Of a DNA stretch of 64,000 nucleotides, positions 31,575 through 46,029 are shown piece by piece. How positions within the stretch are numbered: position 1 is the first letter of the stretch; each line of letters begins with the position of its first letter. The notes beneath the pieces were generated by a model. The model searched no databases. It was not told the origin of the DNA and saw only the letters and a list, made by a program, of their open reading frames with translations. A program made the position numbers and the translations under genes. The stretch lies in assembly GCF_009914755.1 (NCBI RefSeq), contig NC_060937.1; one strand, 5' to 3'. The DNA comes from the human T2T-CHM13v2.0 reference genome, Homo sapiens.

Positions 31575-32269
31575 TTGTTGGTCACATAAAAGTCTTCTTT
31601 TGAGAAGTGTCTGTTCATATCCTTCACCCCCTTATTGATGGGGTTGTTTGTTTTTCTCTTGTAAATTTGCTGAAGTTCCTTGTAGATTCTGGATGTTAGA
31701 CTTCTGTCTGATGGGTAGATTGCAAAAATGTTCTTGCATTCTCTAGGTTGCATGTTCACTCTGATGATAGTTTTTTTGGCTGTGCAGAAACTCTTTAGTT
31801 TGATTAGATCGCATTTGTCTATTTTGGCTTTTGCTGCAATTGCTTTTGGTGTTTCAGTCATGAAGTCTTTGCCTATTCCTATGCAGCCATAAAAAAGAAT
31901 GAGTCCATGTCCTTCGCAGGGACATGGATGAAGCTGGAAGCCATCATTCTCAGCAAACTAACACAGGAACAGAAAACCAAACACTGCATGTTCTTACTCA
32001 TAAGTGGGAGTTGAACAATGAGAATACATAGACACAGGGAGGGGAACATCACACACCGGTGCCTGTCAGGGGGTGGGGAGCAAGGGGAGGGAGAGCATTA
32101 GAACAAATACCTAATGTATGCAGGGCTTAAAACTCAGATGACGGGTTGATAGGTGCAGCAAACCACCGTGGCATATGTATACCTGCACGTTCTGCACATG
32201 TATCCCAGAAGTTAAAGTAAAATTTAAAAAAAGAATAAAAATAAAATAAAATTGAAATTAAAATTAAAA
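31575..32269 (+). mobile_element. 5'-inverted, truncated L1PA7/8 (inverted part 31575-31883 on minus strand) inserted in an L2 remnant
   Basis: Perfect 16-bp TSD AAGAATATGAGGATGC (31559-31574, 32270-32285); the minus-strand part encodes ORF2 [19 protein letters not shown]; the plus part is the ORF2 end, 3'UTR and A-rich tail. Confidence 0.93.
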
Positions 32270-32987
32270 AAGAATATGAGGATGCATCATTCAGCAGCAT
32301 TTGTGTTTGAAATGCTCTTGTGGGCAATGTTAGACAATTTGGACTTTATTTTAAGAAAACTATCAGGACTTTAAAAGACACTGAGCAACACAATGACATA
32401 ATGAAAATGACTGTTTGGAACATCACTTTAGCTGCAGTGTGGAAAACCGACAGGAGAGAAACAGGATAGGACTTGTGTAAAATTTATAAATAGGATGACG
32501 GTGGTAGCTGAAATGAGTGTATTTGAAGAAAGGATAAATAGACATCCAGATTTTTGAGAAATATTTAGGAGAATAACGAAAAGCTTGATTAATTGGATGT
32601 GAGGGGGAATCATAGAAAATACCCAGCTTTTTTCCCGAGCAACTTCAACTTGGACTTATGCATAGTTTTGTAAATATGCTGACTACATCTTATTTCTCTT
32701 CCGTATTTCTCTTCAACTAAATGTATGGACACACTTGTATATATATCTGATCTAATCAGGCTTAATTGTCAACACAGATGTTCTTTAGCTTTATTATTTT
32801 ATAATGTGGTTTCAAGACCATTGATGTCTAGATACAGATTAGTGTGTTAATGACCTTTAAAAATTGCAATAACTTAAATTTAAAATATTACTGTAATGTA
32901 AAATCACTGACACAAAATGTAGTGGAAATATTACTTTTAGTATTTAGAAAAAAATGAAACTGTATGGTGGCTTAAATATTTTTAAGA

Positions 32988-33283
32988 GGCCAGGCATGGT
33001 GGCTCATGCCTGTAATCCCAGCACTTGTGGGGAAGCCAAGGCAGGCGGATCACTTGAGGTCAGGAGTTCAAGACCAGCCTGGCCAACATGGTGAAACTCA
33101 GTCTCTACTAAGAAAACAAATATTATCTGGGCGTGGTGGCATGGGCCTGTAATCCACCTACTATATCGGCTGAGGCACCAAAATTGCTTGAACCTGGGAT
33201 GGGAAGGTTACAGTGAACAGAGCTTTTGCCACTGCGCTCCAGCCTGGGTTACAGAGCAAGACCTTGTCTCAAAAAAAAAAAAA
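32988..33283 (+). mobile_element. Alu (S/J-age)
   Basis: GGCCAGGCATGGTGGCTCATGCCTGTAATCCC...GACCTTGTCTC(A)13; TAAATATTTTTAA at 32973 and 33348. Confidence 0.93.
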
Positions 33284-34865
33284 GCTTTTTTTTTTTCTTT
33301 TCTTTCTTTCTTTTTTTTTTTTTAAAGAGGTGTATAAAAAAAGAAGATAAATATTTTTAAAGACTATATTATAAGCTTTCCTCAAACACTCCTACTAATG
33401 ATTTGGTACCAATCCTGTATTAATAAATCCTCAAACAATCAATTATTTTTTCTATACATAATTTTAGTTAATAATTTGTTTAATTGTTACATTCACACAC
33501 TAATAATTAACAAATACACTTCACCTTTTAGAATAACAAAACATTACAGTTAAGAATAAAATCTGCTTTTAACTACCAACCTTTATCTTTTTTAATGTAT
33601 AAGCTTCAAGGATGTGTGTGTGTGTGTGTTCATGCACTTCTATAAACACACACATACAGTATATGTAATATGACATATTTAATGTTATACATACTCATAA
33701 ATATTTATGTATGGATTTGCATATGTCTATATATGTGTGCATATTTTTATATAATCTTCCAAAAAGAAGATAAAACATTTGGCATAATGACTTGAAAGTA
33801 GTCTGAAAATTGCTTTATATTCATGAATATGCTTAATAATCTACATGAGTACTCATAATTCTCAGTCATTTCAAATCATTAATAATATTTTATCCATAAA
33901 TATATTACCATACTGAACCTTCTACTGATTTATATTGAGGTTTACAATTTATTTTCAATAAAATATAGATTTTTAAGTTTATTGACCAAGTTAATGATAA
34001 AAATGAATGGAAACGAGCTCAAATATAAGAAAAAACGGTTTTTAATATTACTAGCCTCTATCATGTTATTCAGCACAATTGAAGAATATTCTTTTCCCAA
34101 ATCACCTTTGAATTGTTTTGCCATTCACCCTTGTGCTAAACATTAACAACAGATATCCAACAGGAGTGATGGAGGTTGCAAAATTTATAGTTTGCCTGTA
34201 CATACGAAAAGAAGGTATGAGAGAAAGCCTTCTTATAATTTATGTAATTAGATTCTATTCTTCACTAATTACTCCTTCTCAGTGCTGTAATATAAGCTAT
34301 GAGTATGAAAGTGGATATCACTAAGACATTTCCCTCCTCTTCAACCTTCTCCTCACCTTAACTCCAAAGTTTCAGAGTCCAAATCCTTCAGGAATTCATT
34401 TTTCCATCCACCCATTAAATCTGGATTAATAAAGTAATTCCTCAGAGTAAAAGACATATTATACAAATTCCAGCAGCAACTGATTTTGGTATTCGCCTAT
34501 TTGGAATTTGACCTTAAATAACTGGTCAAATGGAAGTAGTTATGATGGATTCAGTGAACTCCATTGTTGTAATTGATTTGTTAATGCAATAACTGTTCCT
34601 CTGTAATTGCTGTAAATAGCATTCATTACTATTAATTGGAAGTTATTATTAGGGTCATATAAATCATTGAAAAGAGATATTTGTGGTATAGAGTGGAGAA
34701 CTCATGGAGGACTGTAAACAGATCTTATTGCTAATGTAATGCATGAAAAGTAACTGTGAACTTACTGCATGATGTAGAAACTCAAATAATAAGTAATCTA
34801 AAGGTAATTTAAAATACCCCAGCAGACATTTTTTTATTAAAAATAAGGTGTTTGGATTATCAAAT

Positions 34866-35656
34866 TGATATGGACAGGAGACAGGAACACTTGATAGAAG
34901 AGGGCAGTTCCCTGGGAAAGGCCCCACCCTCAAGCCTGGACAGCTGCGGTCCTAAAAGAGAACAAGCATTCCTTTTTCAGGCCCAAAAAGTTTCCTTTGG
35001 GCCCACACGCCCCCTATGCTTTACCCACATAAACCTCTAACTCCAGTCTCCAGAGCAGACCAGCAGACAAGGAGATGAGACAAGCAGATGAATGGCAGAA
35101 TGACATGGTAGAGAAAGAGAAAAGAGGAGGAATGTCTGAACAATGAGAAGAGTTTGGCTGGGGATAGTCTGAGAGGAGTTCGGCAGCTAGACAGCCCAAC
35201 TCCAGGGTAAGATCATCTTCCCACTCCATCCACCTTCCAGCTCCCCATCCATCCCACTGAGAGCCACTTCCACCATGCAATAAAACTACACATTCATCCT
35301 TCAAGGCCCTGTGTGAACTGATTCTTCCGGGATGCTGGGCAAGAGCTCAGCATACAGAAAACTGTCACAATGGCCCTCTGCCCTTGCAAAAAGGCAGAGA
35401 GTCCATCGAGTTGATTAACACTTAAAGCCATCTACAGACGACAAGGCTAAGAGAGCATTGTAACATTGGGTTTGCAGGCACCCACGCCTAGACACTACCA
35501 TCGAGCTGGAGCCCAAAGCATTGTCCCAGCCTCTGCACCTGCCTATCTACATGCTCCCACTCCTGCAAGGGATTTGAGCAGTGGCGGTGACTGAATAAGC
35601 GAGCCACACCCCTGTCTCATGTCCTCCAAGAAGGATCAGGGAACTCTCCTGTTTCA
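34866..35656 (+). mobile_element. ERV1-class solo LTR, MER50-like
   Basis: TGATATGGACAGGAGACAGG...AAGGCCCCACCCTCAAGCCTGG...CAGGGAACTCTCCTGTTTCA; internal AATAAA; 4-bp TSD AAAT. Confidence 0.85.
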
Positions 35657-38600
35657 AAATCAGAATAAGCCAACCAATGCATTTCCTTCTCCACAAAATT
35701 CATATCATGGAACAGTGGGGAGTGTCATTTTAGAAATATATTCAATGATTCTGACTTTGGGCAATGAAATTAATAGACACTGAAGATAATTTTGTGCATT
35801 CACAGTATGTTAAATGGCTTGTAGAGGGAGATTTTTGCAGAAAATTATTTTAATAATACAAATACGAGTACAAGGACTTACATGTGTAAACTGATGAAGA
35901 GATAAGAGTTCAAAATTTTAATCAATCAATATGAATGCATAAAATAAGGAAAATTATTGAGTCAAAAAATATTTCAAATTTCCTTCATTGGAAGAAACAT
36001 AAGAGAAAGTGTGTTATTGCCTGCCAAGTTAAAAAAGTTGCATTCCCAAATAAAATACCAAAGGCATTAAGATATTTATATCAAGAGCTAATTCAATAAA
36101 ATTTAATTCAGACTGAAATATAGTTTGTGAGGGAAAAAAATCCAATAGATAAGTAGACTATATTATATTGAGACTATTTATCACATTTGTTCCACTTTGT
36201 CTTATTTGATTAAAAATAAATTTGTATTAGGAACTACAATTAACCCTAATAATCCAGAACTCTTTGATCTTCATTAAACCTGTCCTCTTATAAAATTATT
36301 TTATATTGAATTGTGGCTATTGTTTTGGAAATTAAGGAAAAACAATTAATTATTTTTTTCTTCAAATTCCCTTAGTGAGTAAACTAGATACCACACTCAT
36401 GTTACCAATTTATTGTAAACTTAGTGTGTCAGTTTTGAATGCTCTTATTTGGATAGAATTCATTTGGTTAAAAAGATAAACTTCCTTATTATGATAAAAG
36501 CATGTCATTAATTTATAAACCTTATTTTTAATCTATCTTGCTGAGGACTGGACAGAGAATTGAATAAAATGCACCTTCAAAATAAATAGTTCCTTCAGCT
36601 ATATGAATGTGCCAAGATACCATGGTGATTTTTACAACACAATTGTTGCTAAGAGTGTTGAGATTATTCTCCCACCTTCCTTTCATCCTACTCAGAGAGT
36701 TCTGTTCAATTTATTCTTTCAGCAAGTTAACAAAAATCAAATGGACAAGAACCTGATGTTCTGAAGAAAGCATTTAGAAAGCAGCTAGAGGTTTTGCTGC
36801 CTCAGCTGGGAGATGCGGCATTTACCCTTTTCCAGTGATCTCTGACTGCGTTTGGATTGTCAAGATAGTGGGTAGAAGCCAGGAACATCTTTACCATCTG
36901 TGCTTGGCATCTTTTTATATAGTGCCTGCCAAAGGAGAAACAGCTTCTTTTAGTACACACCTCAGTGCCATTTTTCCTACCTTTTAACTCTCCATGAAAT
37001 TACATTACAGATGACTTGGCAGCAGAGTCATAGACCAGCTAGAAATACGAGGAATGCACAAAATACAGTAAATTATCATTTTAGAAGAAGTATTTGTTAT
37101 CTCAATACTTCTAGGCATAATCCATTTTGCTAAACATTATGCATTTACCTAATTCCTATACTGTAATTTGATAAAAAATCTCTTCTGAAATGCCATGAAT
37201 AAAATTTATGAATGAGAAGGAATAGGTGTAAAGCCTAACTCAGACAAGAAAATCCACAAATATTTTGAACTTAGCAATTTTCTTAAATATAGGTGCTAAA
37301 TGTGAAGGGTTAATTAATTTTGTTATATGACTTTGTTCTACTGGATAATTTTCTTGAATTTACAATATAAATATTTTACATGGAAATAAAAGATTTTTTA
37401 AAAGCTAAGTACACACTGAAGTAAGGCAGAAAATAAAATAATGGAAATGGAAAAGTCTGCAATCAAAATTATTTTTCAATTACAATGTATAAGTTAAAAC
37501 AAAAAAAATCAAAATAATACATGCATTAATGCTCACTGTGCCCATTACATTGTATCTTATGTTACAATGGATTCATGTATTCATTGTAAGCTCCAAAAAT
37601 GGTTGGTAAACTATGTGATGAGAGGAGCCTTTTGTATGAAATTATTACTGAAATATGTTTTATAGTTTTCTGCTCCCATTGAGCTATGGATAAATATTTT
37701 GAATAAATGCACATTAGTTAATAACTTTTCCCAAGTAGCTTACAACTGATTAAAGAAAACACATATCTAGATAAACTTACATCAGGAAACTTTTGATAGT
37801 TCTTATAAAAATTACAAAATCTTTGTTATGTTTTCAAAATGTACAGAATTCATATGTACTTGAGTTAACAAGGAAATGGTATTTTAGATGTAATTGAAGA
37901 CTTTGTAGAAAAAAACAGGAAATACTAGAGAGTATCATATGTGCTGAAAGAATTAGCAACCTATGTAATAGTAACTAGTTTGCTTTGATGTGTTACAGAC
38001 AGAGGAATAGCAGGAAATAATACTGGGATGTTAATGTATTATATATCATCCTGAGTATCTGGCTTTAAAGTGACATAATTAGGTAAGAAAATAAAGGAAG
38101 TAATGAATCAATAGCTCAGGCAGGAGAATAAAATGTTTTAACACTTAAAGAAAATTAAGCCAAATATATATCCATATATAAATGTATGTATACACACATA
38201 TATGTTTATTTAATTATTTATTTATTTATTTATTCATGGTGAGTTGAAGAAAAGATACTCGGTGCCAGGAAACTGGAATTGCAACAGATGAGGGAGGTAG
38301 TGATAAACGCTGGCTTGCATGAGGCAGTGGCTCTGGAAATAAGAGTGATTCAAAAGTAACTGGAATAATGATGGGCCATTTTGAGGTCTGTTCTTGCCTA
38401 ACAAAATCTCTAAACACTCATATAATACCAGAAACCTTGAATATTTTTTGAGTTAACAAAAGATAGGTAATCACTCTATGGAAATAAACTACTTTTAAAG
38501 GTTCATTAAGCATCGTATCTATTTTTCCTATGTCTCTCTGCACACGTTTCTCTCCTGATCCATTTTTCGTCTTTCTTCATTGCTGTTAGATCACCTTTAA

Positions 38601-39947
38601 AAGAAAATCTTGTCATGAAACATAAATCAGACTATTTTAAAATACATAACTTTTAGAAAATATAGTGTTTTTATAGTTCTTTGATATCTAATGAATGAGC
38701 TAACACGGTTTATTAATTGTGAATGCCAGAGTCTCCAATGAGTTGAATCCCGTGATTCATATAAAGTTATTCACAGAGTTCAGGGCATATACTACATAGC
38801 TAATCATCATTGGCAATTATACCCATTTAAATTCCATTTCTCATAGTTAGAGTAAATTGTTTTGACTAGGTTTTCCAAATACAAAAGTAGTTAAGTCTAT
38901 GCTCTGCCATCTTCAATTTATTTGTTCTAATAATCCTGGAGCTAGTTTACTAAGAATTTTGGACAATGCTAGCAAGACATTCAGGTTGGAATTCCTAAAA
39001 ATCAATTATATAAGAAAACTTAAAATAATTTCATGAGGAAAACTCAAAAGATATATTGACTGTTAAATCATTTTTAAAGTGACAGTGGCCAGTGGTAGAA
39101 GTGGACAAGATTGCCACAAGAAGTACAGCTATTTGCAAACAACAAAAAAATGAGAAGTGGAGAGAGGAGAGTATCTTTAAAAACACCTAGATTTGAACAA
39201 AAAGACCTAATCAAATGAAAAGTAGTGCTATGCTCAAAGGAAAATGAGCAAAGCACAATGATTGAAGGACCTGGGGTAAAAAGGCTTTATTATCATGACT
39301 TTTGCTGCAAGAGTGATGAGAAACATGAACATCTTGTGAGAGGTTTCCTTTTTTTTTCTTTTTCTAGTATTTGGGGGAGGTCAGAAATCAGATCTCTAGG
39401 AGTAGACTGCCGCTATCCTTTAAAGAGATTTGTAAATAGTGATAAAACGAACACTTTGATAAGGTTGTGAGTTTCTAGTCGCATGATTTAATCATGTAGA
39501 ACCTGAATGACCACTAACGAATTAGTAATAGAGAGGATGGATCCAAACATATTTGGAATTTTCAACACATGATCTTAAAAACATTTTCTTACCTTACTAC
39601 TATATGATTCCTATGCGTTAAACAGATAAGGTAAAATGTGAATATGTAGCAAGATTGGTGATGTCTTCCTGAGGTGTATTCATTCAGAAATGTTTACTCT
39701 AGAACTTTTAGTCAGATTCTATTCAAGAAATTGTGGATTCAGTGGCAAACAATGTGAAAAACACATGTAGTTTAATGGAATTTACATGAAAGTTAAGATC
39801 TATCAGAAAACAGTCAAATCACAAATTAACAGCGTATTTTGGATATTAATTGGTAATAAAAAGCACATGAAAAGAACAAGGTGTGAAACTTTGAGAAATG
39901 AAGTTCTACTTTTATATGGGTGGTTAACATATATCTCTCTGCAACAT

Positions 39948-40259
39948 TGTCTTCATTCGATTTATGCTGCCATAACAGAATACAAGAGGCATGGTAATGT
40001 ATATGTGAATGAAATTTATTCATCACAGTTGTAAAGTCTCGGAAGCCCAAGATTGAGTGGCCAGCATTTTATAAGGGTCATTTTGCTGTGGCATTCCATG
40101 GCAGAAAGTGAAAGGGCAAGAGAGGGAAAGAGACAAAAGGGAACCAAACTCACTGTTTTATGAGGAATCCTCTCTGAAGATAATGGCATTATTCCATTCA
40201 CAGTAGAGCCCTTATGCTTCCAATACATGCTTTTGAAAGGACACACTCAAACCACAGAA
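39948..40259 (-). mobile_element. MST-type (MSTC/D-like) solo LTR with internal deletion
   Basis: TGTCTTCATTCGATTTATGCTGCCATAACAGAATAC...GGACACACTCAAACCACAG; near-TSD AACAT/AACAA. Confidence 0.72.
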
Positions 40260-40391
40260 AACAATGACACAGCTGGAAATTTTAAAGATAGAACAGAAGG
40301 CAACCATGGAATGAGCTGTAGGGAGAAAGTTTCCAGCTGTGGAATCTGTATATTCAATGATCCTGAGCTTGGTGTTTTAAGAAATGGAATG

Positions 40392-40700
<309 letters not shown>

Positions 40701-40853
40701 AAATGGAATGAAGACTGGTGTACTAAGTAGTCATAAATAAAGGAGGGCTTTGTAGAAGTTTGGTGCAGCACTGATAGAACTATTAAAGAGTAGAGATAGG
40801 AGATGTCTGCAAGGGTGAAAAATACTGGAGAAGTGGAGATCGGAGCAGGCTAA

Positions 40854-41172
<319 letters not shown>

Positions 41173-41416
41173 TAACCTTTTATTTTTAAAGATATGAGAG
41201 ACACTTAATGATGCAGGAGTATTGTTGAGGTACAAATTAGGGATTCAGATCAGCGTTTATGTCATAGCCCTATTTCCAGTCGTTTATAAAGCAATCATCT
41301 GAGATAGAAGGAAATAAAGATTGTTTAGGCAGAAAGGGAGAGTAATGGAAATTTGTATCATTTTCTCAGGAAGTGCCAAAGGATTTTAAAAATTACATAT
41401 TTCCAATGGCCAATTA

Positions 41417-41520
41417 GAATAAATGCATACATCAAATAAACATTTATTAAGCACTTACTATCTCCGAAATTAAGGACTAGGCACTGGGAACATAAAGAAT
41501 AAAATATGTGATCCACGTTA
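41417..41520 (-). mobile_element. L2 3' end fragment
   Basis: AAACATTTATTAAGCACTTACTA...CTAGGCACTGGGAACATA. Confidence 0.65.
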
Positions 41521-43150
41521 GTTAATACTTGCATGAGAGATAGCACCACTAAAACTCCCATGAGTTTGCAGTAGTTCCCATCAACATAAACTTAAAAATG
41601 TATGCAATGAGTCCTAATCATACAAATTACAGTAAATGTCTTTATTTTATTCTCTTCCATTAATAACAAAATCTGTAGTATGTGCACTGTGGAATTCTGC
41701 ATTAATAATACTGTGGAAAGTAATGCATAACCATGAATTGGCCTCAGGCCTATAATTTTCTCTGTTGACAAGCATAGAAACTGATAATGTAGAGTGAATC
41801 ACAGACATTATCTTGAATTAATGCAGCTGCTTGCTGTTATATGCAATTATTTGGATTCAGTTCCTTCACTCAGATCCATTAAAATATGTAAAAACATATG
41901 GAGTTTTCTTTAATCTTCAAGGTCAATATGTGCAATGCCAATAAACACTAAAATAATGTATAGATAAATATAAATGACAAATTTTGAACTCTGATGCCTT
42001 GCAAATTAAGCATACTCTTTGTCAGCTAAAGTGATAATAAATTTATAGAATGCTTAGTGTGAATATATATCTCCATTTACCTTTCTCTGGGTCAATAATA
42101 AATGGTTAGCCAAAACATTCTGAGGTCTCCTATATTGTTGAATTCATTAGTGTGCAATAAAGATATTTATATTTCCATATAATCCATTGTTATATTTTGA
42201 CTTGCACTGTGCATATTAAGTTATTTAAATATTTTTCCATCTTAGAAATTAGGCTACATATTTTTTCCTACTAATTATACCCCAAATAATCATTTCCCCA
42301 CATCTTGTTTTTTTGTATTGCCAGAGTCCTCCTCACCATTAGTTTATCCAAAACTGTAAAGGTATAAGAGATAAAATAATATTTTTAACTCACTAAAGGA
42401 CAATCAATATTTTGCCAAACTCTTAAATGTTTAACTCCAGAACTCTCTTCTGTGGTTCACTGATTTTAAAATAAACACTAAGATTTTTATAACATTAGTC
42501 AATTCAAATTTTTCATGCACATTGTCTAATTAAATTATATATTTACCTAATAGAACACAAAAAATAAAAATGAAAAGCCTCAGTTGTCTTCCACATATAC
42601 TTTCTCTGCGAAAACCTTCACTAGCTATACAACAATTGCAACCACAAATCTAAAAGTCATTTCTGTTTCTCTTCATTACATTTTATTTAACCAATTAATT
42701 GCCCCAGGGCTGAATAAAAATTTAAAATATTTAATCAAATGCATTTTATCGAAGTTATACTTGTCACTAATGCAAGCCTCAGGCCTTCTTGAACTCTGGT
42801 AATAGTCCCTTACCTTCTACCTTTTTCAGCTTTTAATCTATACCTAGCTTTGATTGCTAGCTTGATATTACTCAAAAAAGAACTAATTTTTGATTTAATA
42901 ATCAATATTTGCATTCAAATGTTCAAGATTCAATAATTCTCTAAACTATTCACATTTGTCTATATGACTTCGTTGCTGCATAGGAATCCCGGTATTTAGC
43001 AGGCTTACTATTGTTTTTAATACGACCAGTCTCTGGGAATTGATTTTCTGACCTATGAGAATGTTTTATAATTTTCTAGTGATTCTTAGAATGGTCTTTA
43101 GACTACATATATCAGGATCATATGAGGTGGGACTTATTAAAATTAATAAT

Positions 43151-43626
43151 TATATTAGTTTCCGATTGTTGCTGAAATAAAATATAACAAGCTCAGTGGC
43201 TTAAAATAACACAAATATGTAATTTTATTATTATGGAGGTCATATTTCTAAAATCAAGGTATTGGTGGGGTTATGTATTCTTTTAATGGGGGCTTTAGAG
43301 GAGAATCTTGGTTTAACCAGCTTCTAAAGGCCACCTATTTTCCTTGTTACATGTGCTTTCATCTTCAAAGCCAGCAGTATAGCATTTCCAAATTTATCCC
43401 ACTTTCATAATTAAATTGTTTTTTTCTAACTCTGCCCATCCTGCTTACCTTTTATAATGACCTTTTTAATTACACTGGGTTCTTCCAGATATCCCAGGAC
43501 AACTTTCTTATCTAAAGGTACTAAACCATCTCTGCAAAGTCATTCGGCTATGTAAGGTAACACAAACACAGGTTGCAGAGTACAGGACATGATAATCATT
43601 GGTGGGACATTATTTTGTCTACCAAA
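43151..43626 (-). mobile_element. MLT1C/D-like solo LTR
   Basis: TATATTAGTTTCC...CTCAGTGGCTTAAAATAACAC...TGTAAGGTAACA...GGGACATTATTTTGTCTACC; near-TSD ATAAT/ATGAT. Confidence 0.78.
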
Positions 43627-44339
43627 ATGATCCTGATCACTTCACTTCACACTATAGAATCAGACTTTCTGCAGTTTAAATTACAAATATTCATATTTGA
43701 AGACAATGATGAAAACTTGGAACAAACAGAAAGAAGAGAAGAAGAGAGAAGGGAAATCCTGGTGACACTCTAAGACAAAATTTCAACTTATTGTAACAAG
43801 TTTCTAGAATTTGGATCCTTCTTCAAGCTGAGTTTTACAAACAAAATACTCAAAACTAATGAAAGATGCCATAAAGTTTCTCTTAAAACAAAATTTTCTA
43901 AATAAATTACTATTTCTTCTCTTTCAATCCATATTTAATTTATTGTGATATCTTACCATACTCCAAAAATGCTGTTCACTTTAATACATTAATTCCTTTG
44001 CTCTTGATGGAATGTTATTCTTTCAACCTGAAAGTTTGTTAAAATATATCAATGCAATTTTCAATGTTACTTTGTTTCTGAATTTTTTCCCAAATTTCTT
44101 GGAAAAAATTTATCAGACACTCTTGCATATCCTCATATTTAGCAATTGTTTTTAATATGCTGACAGTGTTCATTGTGTAGCTTTCTAATAGTTACTTTAA
44201 CTTGGAGAACTCTTAAATATCTAGAATTTTTTCTAGCATCCCTGGTGCCACACAAGACATATTACAAGCATTCAAAGTCATTATACACACCTGCAAATAG
44301 CTTGAAAACCAATCATCTTTAAAATTGAGAAACAAGGCA

Positions 44340-45640
44340 ACAAGATGACAGATAAGAACAAGCCAGGTTATTACCCACCTATGGAAACAACAATTTGGCA
44401 ACTATCCACAAGCAAAAGTAGAAACCTTTTGGAAGTTTTTTGACCTAAGTAAGAGGTAATCAAAACCCAATGAGGTTCAAGACAAGGAAAGTTTCTTGAG
44501 AAGGCAAGTTCATGCCCCAGTAGCAGGTATACCACCAAAGACTTGGCTCCAAACCTGGAAGCATCCCCATTTTGCTTGTGGATTTGCTTCCATTTCCAAA
44601 TGTCCATGGTCTCAGAGGAAGTACTGTGCATCCTGGGACATGGCAGAAGCCTCATCTATTTATAGATGAGGCTTTTAACGGGCTCACCAACTGCTAACCT
44701 ACTAGAGCTCCATGACCAGGTCCAGCCCTGCTTCACTGCAGAAGATCCTTTCCTGCCAAAACCAGTCTATAAGAACTGAAAGGGAAGTTTTCTCCTTTAA
44801 ATTTACAGAAACAATGCAAGAATCATTAAGAGTCAATAAAACACAACATCCAAATTGAAACTAACAAAGCTTCAATAACTGATCCTTAAAGAAACGGATA
44901 CCCATGAAGTGATTGACAAATAATGTGAAATAATCATCTTAAAGAAGTTTAATGAGCTGCAAGAGAACAGAGACAACTGAAAATATTATAAAAATATATG
45001 AACAAAATGAAACATTCAGGAAGAAATAGAAATCAGAAAAAATAAACAGAAATCCTGGAATGAAGGAATACAATGACTAAACCAGAAAATTCAAAAGAGA
45101 GTTTCAATGGTTGACCTTATTAAGCAGAAGAAAAAAGTAACAAAATCAAACAGGTGTTTTCAAATTACTCAATTAGAAAAACAGAGACAAAGGAATTCAA
45201 AAAAGTGAAGAATGCTACAGAACTGATGGGACACCATAAAGCAGACAAATAATATATTACAGAAGTCTCAAAAGTAGATCAGAGAAGGTATGTAGAGAAA
45301 TAATGAATGAAAATGTCCCAAATCAAAGCAAATGAATGGATATCAAAATATTAGGAAGCCCAAATATCTACAAATAGTTCAACTCAAAAAAAGCCAACAC
45401 TGAAATATGTTATTATTAAATTTCTAAAATCAAAGACAGAGGATTTCGAAAGTAGTGAGAGAAAAATGACTTGCCACACAGAAAGTAATGTCTATTAGAC
45501 TCTCAGTAATTTATCAGCAGAGATCTTGCAGGCCAGGAGAGAGTGGGATAATATATTAAAAGCACTAAAATTTAAAAAAAAAAAAAGCCCTGCCAGCTAA
45601 GACTATTTTGCCCAGCAAAATTGTCCTTTGAGAACATAGA
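44340..45640 (+). mobile_element. Old L1M 5' region and decayed ORF1
   Basis: ORF1-like motifs AATAATCATCTTAAAGAAGTTTAATGAGCTGCAAGAG, GATGGGACACCATAAAGCAGAC, CTTGCAGGCCAGGAGAGAGTGGGAT. Confidence 0.72.
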
Positions 45641-45650
45641 AGTAGATTGT

Positions 45651-45950
45651 ACCAGGCATTACGGCTCATACCTGTAATCCCTGCACTTTAGGAGGCCAGG
45701 ATGGGTGGATCAGTTGATGTCAGGAGTTCAAGACCAGCCTGGGAAACACAGTGAAACCTCATCTCTACTGAAAATAATAAAAATTAGCTGGGTATGATTG
45801 TGCATCCCTGTAATTCCAGCTACTCAGGAGGCTGAGGCATAAGAATCACTTGAACCCAGGAGGCAGAGATTGCCATGAGCCGAGATCTCACCACTGCACT
45901 CTAGCCTGGGTGACAGAGTGAGACTCAGTCTCAAAAAAGAAAAACAAAAC
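45651..45950 (+). mobile_element. Alu (S/J-age) followed by a (TA)n/(TG)n microsatellite at 45953-46029
   Basis: GGCTCATACCTGTAATCCC...GACAGAGTGAGACTCAGTCTCAAAAAAG. Confidence 0.92.
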
Positions 45951-46029
45951 ACTATATATATACATATATGTGTGTGTGTGTGTGTGTGCATATATATATG
46001 TATGTATATATAAATATATATATATATAT

